Positions 31,243 through 41,809 of a DNA stretch of 64,000 bases are shown piece by piece. The position numbers and the translations under genes are program-made. Position 1 is the first letter of the stretch. Every line of letters begins with the position of its first letter. Location: NCBI GenBank assembly GCA_022705945.1, contig JAKJDL010000002.1:127150-191149 (forward strand), written 5' to 3'. The notes under the pieces were generated by a model. The model saw only the letters and a program-made list of their open reading frames with translations, was not told where the DNA came from and searched no databases. The stretch is from Candidatus Omnitrophota bacterium (GTDB lineage: Bacteria; Omnitrophota; Omnitrophia; Omnitrophales; Aquincolibacteriaceae).

Positions 31243-32378
31243 AACACCTGTCTGTTCTCGGTTCGACCGGCTCAGTCGGGGAAAACACGCTCAAGATCGT
31301 CCGGATTCATCCGGACGAGTTTTGTGTTGACGCGCTTGCCGTTAAAAAAAATGTTTCGCGGCTTTACGAGCAGGCCGTTGAATTTCGGCCGAAGATGGTT
31401 TGTGTTTATGACGGGCTTTGTGACCGTTCCTGGTTCACGAAATTCAAGAAGCTCGGTACCCGGGTAGTCACGGGAGACGAGGGACTGGAGAGAGTATCGA
31501 CGCTTTCCTCGGTACGCCAGGTGATTTGCGCCATGGCCGGTGCGGCGGGATTAAAGCCCATTTTCGCGGCGGTCCGGGCCCGCAAGACTGTTGCGGTTGC
31601 CAATAAAGAGCCGCTCGTGATGGCGGGGAAGCTCCTCTTGGAGGAAGCCGCGAAGCGCAAGGTCGCCGTTCTTCCGATCGACAGCGAGCATTCCGCCCTT
31701 TGGCAGTGTCTTGAAAGTCAGGACCCTCACGCGGTTAAAAAATTGATCCTGACCTCCTCGGGCGGGCCGTTCAGACGCGTCAAGGGATCGCTTGCCGGGA
31801 TCAGCCCCAAGCAGGCTCTTAATCACCCGAAATGGAAAATGGGACCCAAGATTACAATCGATTCGGCGACGCTTATGAACAAGGGGCTTGAAGTCATCGA
31901 AGCCGTGAATCTCTTTCATATCGAGGCGAAAAAGATTGAAGTGGTGATCCATCCGGAAGCGATCATTCACGCGCTGGTGGAATTTATTGACGGTTCCCAT
32001 ATAGCCCATTTGGGGGTCACGGACATGCGGATCCCGATCCAATATGCGATGAGCTATCCGAAACGTCTCGCGAATCATCTGCCGCCCTTGGACCTTGCCA
32101 AACTCCAGGCGCTCCATTTTGAGAAGCCCGACATGAAACGTTTCCCGTGCCTCAGGCTTGGTTATGAGGCCAGCCGGATCGGCGGGACCATGCCTTCGGT
32201 TCTGAATGCCGCCAACGAAATTGCCGTCGAAGCGTTTCTCGGAGGAAAGATCGGTTTTCTTGATATTCCCAAAATTATTGAACGGACAATGATGAGACAC
32301 TGCCTTGTCCGCAAACCGGGTCTGGCGGACATCCTTGATGCCGATCTCTGGGCCCGACAAACAGCATCGGAGTTCTAA
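31239..32378 (+). CDS. dxr: 1-deoxy-D-xylulose 5-phosphate reductoisomerase
   Basis: MKHLSVLGSTGSVGENTLKIV N-terminus, NKEPLVMAG, LTSSGGPFR motifs. Start overlaps the cdsA stop (ATGA). The ORF-track start at 31029 is an upstream in-frame extension. Confidence 0.9.
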   Translation: MKHLSVLGSTGSVGENTLKIVRIHPDEFCVDALAVKKNVSRLYEQAVEFRPKMVCVYDGLCDRSWFTKFKKLGTRVVTGDEGLERVSTLSSVRQVICAMAGAAGLKPIFAAVRARKTVAVANKEPLVMAGKLLLEEAAKRKVAVLPIDSEHSALWQCLESQDPHAVKKLILTSSGGPFRRVKGSLAGISPKQALNHPKWKMGPKITIDSATLMNKGLEVIEAVNLFHIEAKKIEVVIHPEAIIHALVEFIDGSHIAHLGVTDMRIPIQYAMSYPKRLANHLPPLDLAKLQALHFEKPDMKRFPCLRLGYEASRIGGTMPSVLNAANEIAVEAFLGGKIGFLDIPKIIERTMMRHCLVRKPGLADILDADLWARQTASEF

Positions 32379-33499
32379 TGTCCAATCTCCTGAACATGTT
32401 CCTGAACATTCTTCCCGCGCTTGTCGTTTTCGGCATTCTCATCATTGTCCACGAATGGGGGCATTTTGTCGCGTGCCGGTTGCGCGGGGTGAAGGTCGAA
32501 AAATTCTCGATCGGGTTCGGACGCGAGCTTTTTCACTGGCAGTCGAAAGAAACCCGGTTCGCGGTTTCGCTGTTCCCGGTCGGGGGATTCGTCAAACCGT
32601 TTGGGGAGGAAGCTTCCGCGGTCGGTCCGGAGGGGCCGAGGCCGGGGGATTTTCTCGCGGCTTCGGTCTGGTCCAGGATCCTGATCGTGGTGGCGGGCGT
32701 GGTCATGAATTTCATTCTTGCTTTTGTTCTTTTTTCTTCGGTCTATATGATCGGTCGCCCGGTTCCGGGGACCGTGATCGGCGGATTTGTCCAGGGATAT
32801 CCCGCGGAGGCGAGCGGGCTTCAGATCCGTGACCGGATTGTTCAGGTGAACGGTCTCCCGACAGCTTACTGGCGGGATGTACTTTCCGCGCTGGATGCGA
32901 GCGAGAGCCGAGTTGTCCGCATTTCGGTTTTGAGGAATGGGCAGGTTATTTCGCATGATGTTACTCCGCGCGTCGAAAACACGAGGGATATTTTCGGAAA
33001 AGAAGTTGCGATGAAGAGGATCGGGATCACGCCTGACCCCGAGGTTTCGGCTTTCGAACGATACGGTTTTTGGGAATCGGCCGGGAAGGGCGCTGAGGCG
33101 GTGGCTTTTCATACGGAGCTGACCTACAAAGCGCTTTACTATATCTGCACCCGCCAGCTTTCTCCCAAAAACCTTATGGGACCTCTCGGAATCGTTCAGG
33201 TAAGCGGTCAGGCCGCCAAGGCGGGGATCTCGTCCCTGCTTCTTCTGACCGCGATCCTCAGTGTGTCGCTTGCCGTGATCAATCTTCTTCCGTTCCCCGC
33301 ACTTGACGGAGGGCATTTGATTTTTTTATTAATCGAAGCGTTGTTCCGGAAACCCGTTCCGGTCAGGATCCAGGAGCGGGTGACAACGCTGGGTTTTTAC
33401 GCGCTGATGGGATTGATGCTCCTTGTTTTCTACAATGACATTGTGAATTTGCAAGTGATGGATAAAATCAAAAATCTGCTGCGCTTGGGCGGCAGTTAA
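32378..33499 (+). CDS. rseP: RIP metalloprotease RseP (site-2 protease, M50 family) with PDZ domain
   Basis: HEWGHF zinc motif in TM1, central PDZ region, and C-terminal LDGG motif (NLLPFPALDGGHLIFL). Confidence 0.85.
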   Translation: MSNLLNMFLNILPALVVFGILIIVHEWGHFVACRLRGVKVEKFSIGFGRELFHWQSKETRFAVSLFPVGGFVKPFGEEASAVGPEGPRPGDFLAASVWSRILIVVAGVVMNFILAFVLFSSVYMIGRPVPGTVIGGFVQGYPAEASGLQIRDRIVQVNGLPTAYWRDVLSALDASESRVVRISVLRNGQVISHDVTPRVENTRDIFGKEVAMKRIGITPDPEVSAFERYGFWESAGKGAEAVAFHTELTYKALYYICTRQLSPKNLMGPLGIVQVSGQAAKAGISSLLLLTAILSVSLAVINLLPFPALDGGHLIFLLIEALFRKPVPVRIQERVTTLGFYALMGLMLLVFYNDIVNLQVMDKIKNLLRLGGS

Positions 33500-33563
33500 A
33501 AAAATCCGGCGGCATCCGGCCCCTTCTTATGGCGCGGGTGCGGCAACGGACAAGAGGTCGATT

Positions 33564-35246
33564 ATGAGATGGTCCCAAACTTTGATTCCGAGTCTCCGCA
33601 ATGTTCCGAAAGATGCCGAGGCGGTAAGCCATCAGCTCGCGCTCAGGGCCGGTTTGATCCGCCAGCTCGCTTCGGGTGTCTACAGCTACCTTCCTCTCGG
33701 GTTCCGTGTTCTCCTGAAAATCATCAATATTATCCGCGAAGAAATGAACAGGGCGGGCGCGAGCGAAGTTCTGATGCCCGCGCTTCATCCGGCGGAGATC
33801 TGGAAAAAGTCGGGCCGCTATGAAACGCTCGGTGAGGACAAGATCTCGTTCAGGAACCGGTCCGGCCATGAATTCGTGCTTGGGCCGACACATGAGGAGA
33901 TCATCACCGAGCTGGTCGGGACGAATATCAAATCGTTCCGCGACCTGCCTCTCAACCTCTTTCAGATCCAGAACAAGTTCCGCGATGAAGCCCGCCCCCG
34001 GTTCGGTGTGATCCGCACCAAAGAGTTCATCATGAAAGACGCTTACAGCTTTGATTGTAACGAGCAGGGGCTGGACGTCCATTACCAGAAAATGTCCGAA
34101 GCTTATCACCGGATTTTTGAAAGGTGCGGTCTTGCGTTCCAGGTCGTGAACGCGGATACCGGCATGATGGGCGGCAAGATGAGCCAGGAATTCATGGTCA
34201 TCTGTCCCTACGGGGAAGATCGCGTTGCAAGTTCGGGATCAGGGTATCTTGCGAGCCGGGATATTGCCGGCCGCGGAAATCCCGGCCTTCAGACACCCGT
34301 GTCAAATTCAAAATGTCCGGAGGTTTTTGATACCCTGAATTTGCGGACGATCGAAGAAATTTCACACAAATTTAAAATCGAGCCGCGCCAGATGATCAAG
34401 ACGCTCATTTTCATGGCGGATGACAAGCCTATCGCGGCTCTCGTCACGGGCGAGAGCGAAGTGAACGAAGGCAAGCTTCGGAAACTGATAGGCGCGAAGA
34501 CGATCCGTCAGGCCGAGGCGCATGAGATCCGTGAGGCGACGGGCGCTCCGGTCGGCTTCGCGGGACCCGTGGGTCTCAAGATCCCGGTTTACGCGGACTG
34601 GGACGTCGTCGGAATTGCGGACGGAGTCACCGGCGCCAACGAGCGGGACAAGCACCTCAAGAACGTCACTTGCGGACGGGATTTTACGCCGACCGCGACG
34701 GGAGATATCCGCTTTGTCAAAGACGGGGATCTCGCGCCCGAAGGGAAGGGGACATTGAAACTCGAGACAAGCATGGAAATCGGTCATATCTTCAAGCTCG
34801 GGACGCGCTATTCGGAATCCATCGGCGCGTATTTTCTCGATGAAAAAGGCGAACGCAAACCCGTGATCATGGGTTGCTACGGGATCGGCGTGAACCGCAT
34901 CCTTGCCGCGGCGATCGAACAGCACCACGATGCGAAAGGTATCAAGTGGCCGGCCGCGATTGCGCCGTTCGCGGTGGAAATTATTACCGTGAACCACGCG
35001 GACGCGAAAGTTTTTGACGCGGCGGAAAAGATCTATCATGACCTTGCCGCGGCGGGGATCGAAGTTCTTTTCGACGACAGGGATGAGCGGGCCGGCGTGA
35101 AATTCAATGACGCCGATCTGATAGGGATTCCCAAACAGATCGTGATCGGCGAGCGCAACCTGAAGGATGGCAAAGTTGAGATTAAAGACCGACAAACCGG
35201 CTCAACGGAGCTTGTCGATTTGTCCGCGATTATCCCTTCCCTTTAG
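33564..35246 (+). CDS. proS: Proline--tRNA ligase (bacterial type with INS editing domain)
   Basis: Class II aaRS motifs, ProRS-specific N-terminus (MRWSQTLIPSLRNVPKDAEAVSHQLALRAGLIRQL), and C-terminal anticodon-binding domain. 560 aa. Confidence 0.9.
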   Translation: MRWSQTLIPSLRNVPKDAEAVSHQLALRAGLIRQLASGVYSYLPLGFRVLLKIINIIREEMNRAGASEVLMPALHPAEIWKKSGRYETLGEDKISFRNRSGHEFVLGPTHEEIITELVGTNIKSFRDLPLNLFQIQNKFRDEARPRFGVIRTKEFIMKDAYSFDCNEQGLDVHYQKMSEAYHRIFERCGLAFQVVNADTGMMGGKMSQEFMVICPYGEDRVASSGSGYLASRDIAGRGNPGLQTPVSNSKCPEVFDTLNLRTIEEISHKFKIEPRQMIKTLIFMADDKPIAALVTGESEVNEGKLRKLIGAKTIRQAEAHEIREATGAPVGFAGPVGLKIPVYADWDVVGIADGVTGANERDKHLKNVTCGRDFTPTATGDIRFVKDGDLAPEGKGTLKLETSMEIGHIFKLGTRYSESIGAYFLDEKGERKPVIMGCYGIGVNRILAAAIEQHHDAKGIKWPAAIAPFAVEIITVNHADAKVFDAAEKIYHDLAAAGIEVLFDDRDERAGVKFNDADLIGIPKQIVIGERNLKDGKVEIKDRQTGSTELVDLSAIIPSL

Positions 35247-35353
35247 ATTTTGCATGTCTCTGAAGTTTGGGGCTCGCCCCTCGGGGCCGGGGACCCGGTC
35301 AGTTCCCGATAGTTCTTTTGAACCCCGAGGCGCTGGTCCCGGGTCCCGATTTT

Positions 35354-36439
35354 ATGATCTGGCTTAAGAAATTCATCCATATCGACATGGACGCGTTCTT
35401 CGCGGCCGTGGAACAGCGGGATCGCCCGGAGCTCAGGGGGAAACCCGTGATTGTCGGCGGTGATCCCAGGAGCCGCGGCGTCGTCAGCACCTGTTCCTAC
35501 GAAGCCCGCAAGTTCGGGATCCATTCCGCCATGAGCTCGGCTCAGGCCAGGCGTCTTTGTCCGGAAGGGATTTTTGTCCCCCCCGATTTTAAAAGATACG
35601 GCGCCGCCTCCAAACTCATTATGTCGATCCTCAGGACTTACACGCCGCTTGTGGAACAGGTGTCGCTTGATGAAGCTTATCTTGATGTGCGGGAAAACAG
35701 GCTCAAGCTTCAGGACCCGGTTCAGCTTGCGGGATTGATCAAACAGCATATTTTTGGCGCGACCAGACTGACCGCTTCGGCCGGCGTGGCGACCGCGATG
35801 TTTCTTGCGAAGATCGCGTCTGATTTTAAAAAACCGGACGGGCTTACGGCGATCCCGCCCGGCCGGGAAACCGGATTTTTGAAAGATCTCCCGGTCCGCA
35901 AACTCCCCGGGGTCGGTCCTAGGACGGAAGCGGCGCTTCATCAACTCGGGATCAGGACCTGCGGAGCCCTTCGCGGGATGACTCCGGAAAAACTCCGGGA
36001 ACATTTCGGTAAGTGGGGACTGCGTCTGTCGGCGATGGCCGAAGGTGTTGAAGACAGGGAAGTGATCCCGCATTGGGAGCCGGTGCAGCTCAGCATGGAA
36101 GAAACTTTCGAGAAGGACATCCTGAAAGTCGAGCGGCTGAAGGAAAAGCTGGCGGAGCTTTCCAGGCGGGTTTTTTCGGAGCTCGCTTATAAAGGCAGGG
36201 CCGGACGGACCATTGTGCTGAAGGTCAAATATCACGATTTCAAACAAATCACACGTTCGAAAACCCTGCCGCTGCCGCCTGAAGACTGGAAAAAAGTCTA
36301 TACCGTGGCCGCCGAGCTGCTTCTCGGCAAGACCCTAGCCGGTCAAAAAGCCATACGATTGCTCGGGGTCGGTGTCAGCGGATTGAACCTCAAGGATGAA
36401 ATCCGACCTGCCAAATCAGTCCAGCGAGAACTTTTTTAA
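35354..36439 (+). CDS. dinB: DNA polymerase IV (Y-family)
   Basis: [29 protein letters not shown] and SLDEAYLDV motifs. Start chosen at MIWLKKF (35354); the ORF track begins at 35267. Confidence 0.85.
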   Translation: MIWLKKFIHIDMDAFFAAVEQRDRPELRGKPVIVGGDPRSRGVVSTCSYEARKFGIHSAMSSAQARRLCPEGIFVPPDFKRYGAASKLIMSILRTYTPLVEQVSLDEAYLDVRENRLKLQDPVQLAGLIKQHIFGATRLTASAGVATAMFLAKIASDFKKPDGLTAIPPGRETGFLKDLPVRKLPGVGPRTEAALHQLGIRTCGALRGMTPEKLREHFGKWGLRLSAMAEGVEDREVIPHWEPVQLSMEETFEKDILKVERLKEKLAELSRRVFSELAYKGRAGRTIVLKVKYHDFKQITRSKTLPLPPEDWKKVYTVAAELLLGKTLAGQKAIRLLGVGVSGLNLKDEIRPAKSVQRELF

Positions 36440-36501
36440 TATCGTATTTCCCTTTTCAGAGTCCTTGCGGTTTCGAAGCAAAACCATATAATTGTTCCCC
36501 T

Positions 36502-37911
36502 ATGACAAGGACGTTATTCGAAAAAATTTGGGAAAAGCATGTTGTTACCGGATTCGCCGACGGGACGACGCTGCTCTATATTGACCGTCACCTTGTTCAT
36601 GAAGTGACGAGCCCGCAGGCCTTTGAAGGCCTCCGCCTGGCCGGGCGTCAGGTCCGTCGTCCGGAGCTTACCTTCGCGACAATGGATCATAACGTTCCGA
36701 CTTTTGACCGGTTTAACATCACGGATCCGGTCGCCAAGGCCCAGATCGAAGCACTTTCGAAGAATTGCCGCGAGTTTGGCGTAAAACTCTTTGACCTTTC
36801 GAGCGATCAGCAAGGTGTTATCCACATTATCGGCCCGGAACTCGGCATTACGCTTCCGGGAACGACGATTGTCTGCGGCGATTCTCACACCGCGACTCAC
36901 GGCGCGTTTGGCGCGCTCGCGTTCGGTATCGGGACATCCGAGGTCGAGCATGTGCTCGCGACGCAATGCCTGCTCCAAAAAAAACCCAGGACATTCAAGA
37001 TTGAATTTACGGGCCGCCTGAAGGAGGGTGTGAGCGCCAAGGACATGGTGCTCAGGCTGATCGGTATGATCGGAACGGCGGGAGGGACGGGATGCGCAAT
37101 CGAGTTTTGCGGCGAAGCTGTCCGCGCGCTTTCGATGGAAGGGCGGATGACGCTTTGCAATATGGCGATCGAGGCCGGCGCGCGAAGCGGGATGATCGCT
37201 CCTGATGAAACCACGTTTAAATATTTTACGGATACCGGGAGGCCTTATGCCCCGAAAGGAAAGGATCTTGAAAAGGCCGCGGCTTATTGGAAGACATTGT
37301 TTACGGATTCCGGCGCGAAGTTCGATAAGGAGCTTGTCGTCGATGCCTCCCGAATCGCTCCTCAGGTGACCTGGGGAACAAGTCCCGGAATGGTAGCGGA
37401 TGTGGACGGTGTTGTGCCGGCTCCGGACCAGGTGACGGGTTACAGCAAGGCCGATGTCGAGAAAGCATTGAACTACATGGGATTAAAGCCCGGGATGAAG
37501 ATCACGGATATCGGGATCGATACTGTTTTCATCGGAAGCTGCACGAACGGACGGATCGAGGATTTTCGGGCCGCTGCGAAATACCTGAAAGGAAATAAAG
37601 TGGCCGCGGGGGTCCGGGTGCTTGCGGTTCCCGGATCACAGCAGGTCAAGGCGCAGGCGGAAGCCGAGGGACTGGACAGGATTTTCAAGGACGCGGGATG
37701 CGAATGGCGCGAATCGGGTTGCAGTATGTGTCTCGCCATGAATCCGGATCAATTAAAGCCCGGAGAAAGATGCGCCTCCTCATCGAACCGGAATTTTGAG
37801 GGGCGGCAGGGAAAAGGCGGGCGGACGCATCTTGTCGGGGCTGAAATGGCCGCGGCCGCTGCGGTGGCGGGGCATTTTGTGGACATCCGGAAGCTGAAGG
37901 TGCCGACATGA
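36502..37911 (+). CDS. leuC: 3-isopropylmalate dehydratase large subunit
   Basis: Aconitase-family motifs ([24 protein letters not shown]; Cys ligands CTNGR, GCSMC). Confidence 0.85.
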   Translation: MTRTLFEKIWEKHVVTGFADGTTLLYIDRHLVHEVTSPQAFEGLRLAGRQVRRPELTFATMDHNVPTFDRFNITDPVAKAQIEALSKNCREFGVKLFDLSSDQQGVIHIIGPELGITLPGTTIVCGDSHTATHGAFGALAFGIGTSEVEHVLATQCLLQKKPRTFKIEFTGRLKEGVSAKDMVLRLIGMIGTAGGTGCAIEFCGEAVRALSMEGRMTLCNMAIEAGARSGMIAPDETTFKYFTDTGRPYAPKGKDLEKAAAYWKTLFTDSGAKFDKELVVDASRIAPQVTWGTSPGMVADVDGVVPAPDQVTGYSKADVEKALNYMGLKPGMKITDIGIDTVFIGSCTNGRIEDFRAAAKYLKGNKVAAGVRVLAVPGSQQVKAQAEAEGLDRIFKDAGCEWRESGCSMCLAMNPDQLKPGERCASSSNRNFEGRQGKGGRTHLVGAEMAAAAAVAGHFVDIRKLKVPT

Positions 37912-38552
37912 GAGCGTTTGAAAACTTCCGGGGAGTGATCCTGCCGCTTGACCGGGCCAATGTGGACACGGACGCGATCATTCCGAAGCAATATCTGAAA
38001 TCCATCAAGCGGACGGGTTTTGAAGAGGCCCTTTTTTCGGACTGGCGTTATTTGCCGGACGGGAGACCTGATCCCGCGTTTATACTCAATAAAGAAGAAT
38101 ATCAAAATGCCACTGTTTTGCTTGCAAGGAACAACTTTGGCTGCGGATCGAGCCGCGAACACGCCGTTTGGGCGATCGTTCAATACGGCTTCCGTGTCGT
38201 GATCGCCCCATGGGTCGGTGAAGGGAAAGCCCGCGTCCCGGGTTTTGCGGATATTTTCAGGAATAATGCCGTCAAGAACGGCCTTCTGACGATTGAATTA
38301 TCTCCGGAGAATGTCGATAAAATTTTCTCGTTCGCGGGTCAGAAGCCGTATCCCGAAGCGACCATTCACCTGGCGGATCAGACCGTGACCGTTCATGCCG
38401 CCGGGAAAGACCATGTGTTCCATTTCGATATCGATCCCGCCGTCAAAGACCGTTTCCTGCAAGGTCTTGATGATATCGGAATTACTCTCAAACATGAATC
38501 CGCCATTGCTGTCTTTGAGCGGACCCACGATACGCAGTTTTCACTCCGTTAA
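37908..38552 (+). CDS. leuD: 3-isopropylmalate dehydratase small subunit
   Basis: Aconitase swivel-domain protein ([22 protein letters not shown]...[13 protein letters not shown]). Start overlaps the leuC stop. Confidence 0.85.
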   Translation: MRAFENFRGVILPLDRANVDTDAIIPKQYLKSIKRTGFEEALFSDWRYLPDGRPDPAFILNKEEYQNATVLLARNNFGCGSSREHAVWAIVQYGFRVVIAPWVGEGKARVPGFADIFRNNAVKNGLLTIELSPENVDKIFSFAGQKPYPEATIHLADQTVTVHAAGKDHVFHFDIDPAVKDRFLQGLDDIGITLKHESAIAVFERTHDTQFSLR

Positions 38553-38697
38553 AACATCTTTCTATCCTGCCCGGGTTTTTGGAATCCGGTCAAACCGATC
38601 CGTTTACTTCAAGAAAGCTGTTAAACGGTCGTAATTTGATATAGAATCGGCCCAGGTGAAGTTTGGATATAACCCGTTCAAAATAAAGGGCTAGAGT

Positions 38698-39666
38698 TTG
38701 CAAACAGTTCGCCCGGCAGAAGTGCGGAAGTTGTTCGAGAAAATACCTTCTCGCCGTGTCGCTTTTCAATTCCCGGACATAGCAAAAACCCCGATCCGTA
38801 ATTCATTCCGTTCGCTTTTTACCGGAAATTTCCCGACAAAAATCAATCTTCCCGGGATCCATGCCCTGCTTCGATCCGAGGAGAAAACGCTCCGGGAAAC
38901 ATCCTTGTCTTCCCCGAATGTCCCGAGCAAGATACGCTTTCTCAAAGGACGGGAATTTACGGGCGGATTCCCGAAAAGGATTCTCCCGGGGCTGTCCTGG
39001 ATTCTGGTCCTGGCTGCCGGGTTCTTGTTCTTCGGGAAAGAGCTGAAAACGGCCGATCCTGCTCTCGTGTCCCATTCTGTCTCCGCGGGGAGCTCCCCGC
39101 ACGAGGATATCCTGTTAGAACAGGAAAAAACAATCCGTCGTTTGAATGCGGAGGTCCTGACGACCTCTCGTAAAATTCAAAACAGCAGGAAAATTCTTGA
39201 TGACGCGAAGAGCAGGGAAGCTGATTATCGGGATGAGGTCCTTCGGATTAGTTTGAGGTATCAGCAGGAAATCGATACTCTCAGGCGGTCTCTGGAAGCC
39301 CAGGAAGCCATCCTGGAGAATCTTGAAAATGAAGCTGAAATCGCGAAACTTACCCGGGCCGCAATCAATGAAAAGACGGTTTCCCCCGAAGTGACCGCAG
39401 GCCAAAAACCTGCGGAGGTGCCCCCGCAACTTCTGGAAGGTAAAGTCGTTATGATAAATAGCCGATACGAATTTTTGGTGATCGATAATGGCGCTCGGTC
39501 CGGAGTCCGCCCGGGGCAGGAAGTCCTTGTTCCGCGACACGGAGGCCTGACCGCCCTCGGCGTCGTTGAAGAGGTTTATCCTGGTGTATCAGGAGTTTCA
39601 GTGAAAGATAGGACTTTTCTTCTGGAATTAAAGGAGGGGGATCCTGTCCGGGTCAGAGTGTCGTAG
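38698..39666 (+). CDS. Hypothetical membrane-anchored coiled-coil protein at the head of the pilus cluster
   Basis: Single TM helix (ILPGLSWILVLAAGFLFF), an approximately 100-aa predicted coiled coil, and a conserved-looking C-terminal beta-rich domain (KVVMINSRYEFLVIDNGARSGVRPGQEVLV...GDPVRVRVS). TTG start; start uncertain. Confidence 0.4.
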   Translation: MQTVRPAEVRKLFEKIPSRRVAFQFPDIAKTPIRNSFRSLFTGNFPTKINLPGIHALLRSEEKTLRETSLSSPNVPSKIRFLKGREFTGGFPKRILPGLSWILVLAAGFLFFGKELKTADPALVSHSVSAGSSPHEDILLEQEKTIRRLNAEVLTTSRKIQNSRKILDDAKSREADYRDEVLRISLRYQQEIDTLRRSLEAQEAILENLENEAEIAKLTRAAINEKTVSPEVTAGQKPAEVPPQLLEGKVVMINSRYEFLVIDNGARSGVRPGQEVLVPRHGGLTALGVVEEVYPGVSGVSVKDRTFLLELKEGDPVRVRVS

Positions 39667-39723
39667 CATTCGGTTGTCGGGATTTTTCTGTGAAGTGTCA
39701 TTGAACGGGAGACGATAATTAGC

Positions 39724-41247
39724 ATGGCTAAAGGTGTTGGTGTCTATATCGGGACCAATGAGATCATTGCCGTTTCCGTGATCCATACCGTTCAGGGTCC
39801 CCAGGTCAAGGAATACGCGGTCGAACCGATCCATCCGGAAGAGAGTGAACCCTCCCTCGGTAAAGAGGCCCACAAGCTCAAGCAGATGACCCCGGAAGCC
39901 CGCGCTATCAGCAAGGCCCTCACAAAGATCAAGGAACCGGGAGCCTATGTCACGGCCGCGGTTAGCCCCGTTCATGTGGTAACCCGCCATTTTATAATGC
40001 CGGCCGTTCCCAAAAAGGAACTTGATGAAGCGGTCCGCTTCGAGGCAAGCCGTTATATCCCCTTTAAGCTTTCGGAATCGGTGATGGATTATTCTGAGCA
40101 GAGCACTCACAAGAATGTACTCTCCGTCATGGTTACGGCGATGAAAAAAGAGATCCTTTATCAGTGTCTTAATGATCTCCGGGCGGCCTCCGCAAAAGTC
40201 CTGATGGTTGAAGCGTTCTATTCCGCGGTCGGCCGTTTTTTCGCTTCTTTGAACATGTTTCAGAAAGTTAAAACCTGCGGTTTTATCACGATACAATCGG
40301 ACGGAAACGTGAATCTGACTTTTGCCTCCAAGGGGGTTGTTTACCTTTCCCGCGATTTTTTGTTTACCGGCAAACTTGAGGAGGATAAAGACCGGTTCCA
40401 TGGAGAATTGAAGGCATCGCTAGATTACTTTTACAAATTGACGGGAGGAGAAGCGATCCAGCAAGTTTTTGTGTCGGGTTACGGCGAACTTAAGTTCTGG
40501 GTGGAGTATCTTGAGCAGACATTCAATTACTCCATCCGTTTTGATCTCGCCAACTTCCCGAACGGAAAGACCGTCCCGCCTGAAATTATGAACTCTATAG
40601 GAATTGCCTATGGCCTTGCCCTTCGTTCACTCGGGCATCAGTCACCGCTTGGCGAGATCTCTCTGCTTCCCTTTGAAGAGCGGCGGATGAAACCGGAGCT
40701 CTTCTGGGGGATCCTGGGCGGCGGAGCCGGCGCAGCGTTTCTTTTTTTCCTTCTGGTTCGCCTGATTATCTTTCAGCCATACATCATGAATCTTGAGAAT
40801 CAATATGACAGAATCCTCGGCCCCGCTTCCGGGGTTGATTCAAAGGTTGCCGAATCTTCCCGGGAATCTCTTGAAATCCAAAATGGATCGCTTGCGGCCA
40901 AAACGGCTTTTCTCAACGGTTTTTATAAGGCGAGGATAGCTCCCTCAGAAATATTTACGGTTTTGGCGGAGGGATTGCCCGAATCTGCCTGGATTGATTA
41001 TGTGTCTTTTGAAAATGCCTTACGCAAGGGGGCATCCTCTCCCAAAGGAAAAAAACGGATGAACCTCCGGGGAGGGTGCTATCTCGAAAACGCGGAGAGG
41101 GAAGCGGCAACCATCAATGAGTGGACTCAATCTTTGATAGGCAAGCCCGGTTTCAAAAATGTTTTTTCTGAAATCAAGCTGGAAGAGGTTAAAAGGGAAC
41201 AGGTTTCGGGGTTCGAGGTAACGCGATTCCGCATTGTTGCGGAATAA
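39724..41247 (+). CDS. Type IV pilus assembly protein, PilM-PilN fusion
   Basis: N-terminal approximately 320 aa is an actin-like PilM ATPase-fold domain. It is followed by a TM helix (LFWGILGGGAGAAFLFFLLVRLIIF) and a PilN-like periplasmic domain. Confidence 0.6.
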   Translation: MAKGVGVYIGTNEIIAVSVIHTVQGPQVKEYAVEPIHPEESEPSLGKEAHKLKQMTPEARAISKALTKIKEPGAYVTAAVSPVHVVTRHFIMPAVPKKELDEAVRFEASRYIPFKLSESVMDYSEQSTHKNVLSVMVTAMKKEILYQCLNDLRAASAKVLMVEAFYSAVGRFFASLNMFQKVKTCGFITIQSDGNVNLTFASKGVVYLSRDFLFTGKLEEDKDRFHGELKASLDYFYKLTGGEAIQQVFVSGYGELKFWVEYLEQTFNYSIRFDLANFPNGKTVPPEIMNSIGIAYGLALRSLGHQSPLGEISLLPFEERRMKPELFWGILGGGAGAAFLFFLLVRLIIFQPYIMNLENQYDRILGPASGVDSKVAESSRESLEIQNGSLAAKTAFLNGFYKARIAPSEIFTVLAEGLPESAWIDYVSFENALRKGASSPKGKKRMNLRGGCYLENAEREAATINEWTQSLIGKPGFKNVFSEIKLEEVKREQVSGFEVTRFRIVAE

Positions 41248-41260
41248 GAAGGGCGGAAGT

Positions 41261-41809
41261 ATGGGGATGGTGGAAATCAAAGAACGCTACAAAGAGTGGA
41301 TCATTCAGGGTGGAGCGGCCCTGGCGGTCGGGATTTTCGCTTTTTTTGTTTTGATCCAGCCTGTTTTTCGGGATATCCGCACTCTCAAAACGGATATTCG
41401 CGACGCTACCGTGAAGCTGGAACTTTATAGGTCAATCCAGAACCTCAAAAAAACCCTCGCGGGTCTTGAAAAACCGTTAGGGCTTGTCGCGGAGCGGGCG
41501 ATGCTGCTCGGAAAAATTTCCGACCTTGCCGGATCAAGCGGAATTTCTGTCCAAGGGATGACCCCAAAAACAGAGCCCTCGGGGGCCTATACAAAACTCC
41601 TGATGGATATTGACATGCGATGTTCGTTTTCGGGCTTGCTTAATTTTCTGAGAACGCTGCAGGAGATGGTCCCTCCTGTCGATATTCAGGACGTGAGTGT
41701 TACCCAGGCGGCCAGGCCGGATAGCGAAGACATGTCGGGCCCTATGATGCTTCAGGGAAAACTTGTTGTAAGCACTTATCTCCGCCAGGAGAAGGCAATC
41801 CAGTCATGA
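41261..41809 (+). CDS. PilO-like type IV pilus assembly protein
   Basis: N-terminal TM helix plus coiled-coil and periplasmic domain, positioned between PilM/N and PilQ. Start chosen at MGMVEI (41261); the ORF track starts at 41234. Confidence 0.5.
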   Translation: MGMVEIKERYKEWIIQGGAALAVGIFAFFVLIQPVFRDIRTLKTDIRDATVKLELYRSIQNLKKTLAGLEKPLGLVAERAMLLGKISDLAGSSGISVQGMTPKTEPSGAYTKLLMDIDMRCSFSGLLNFLRTLQEMVPPVDIQDVSVTQAARPDSEDMSGPMMLQGKLVVSTYLRQEKAIQS

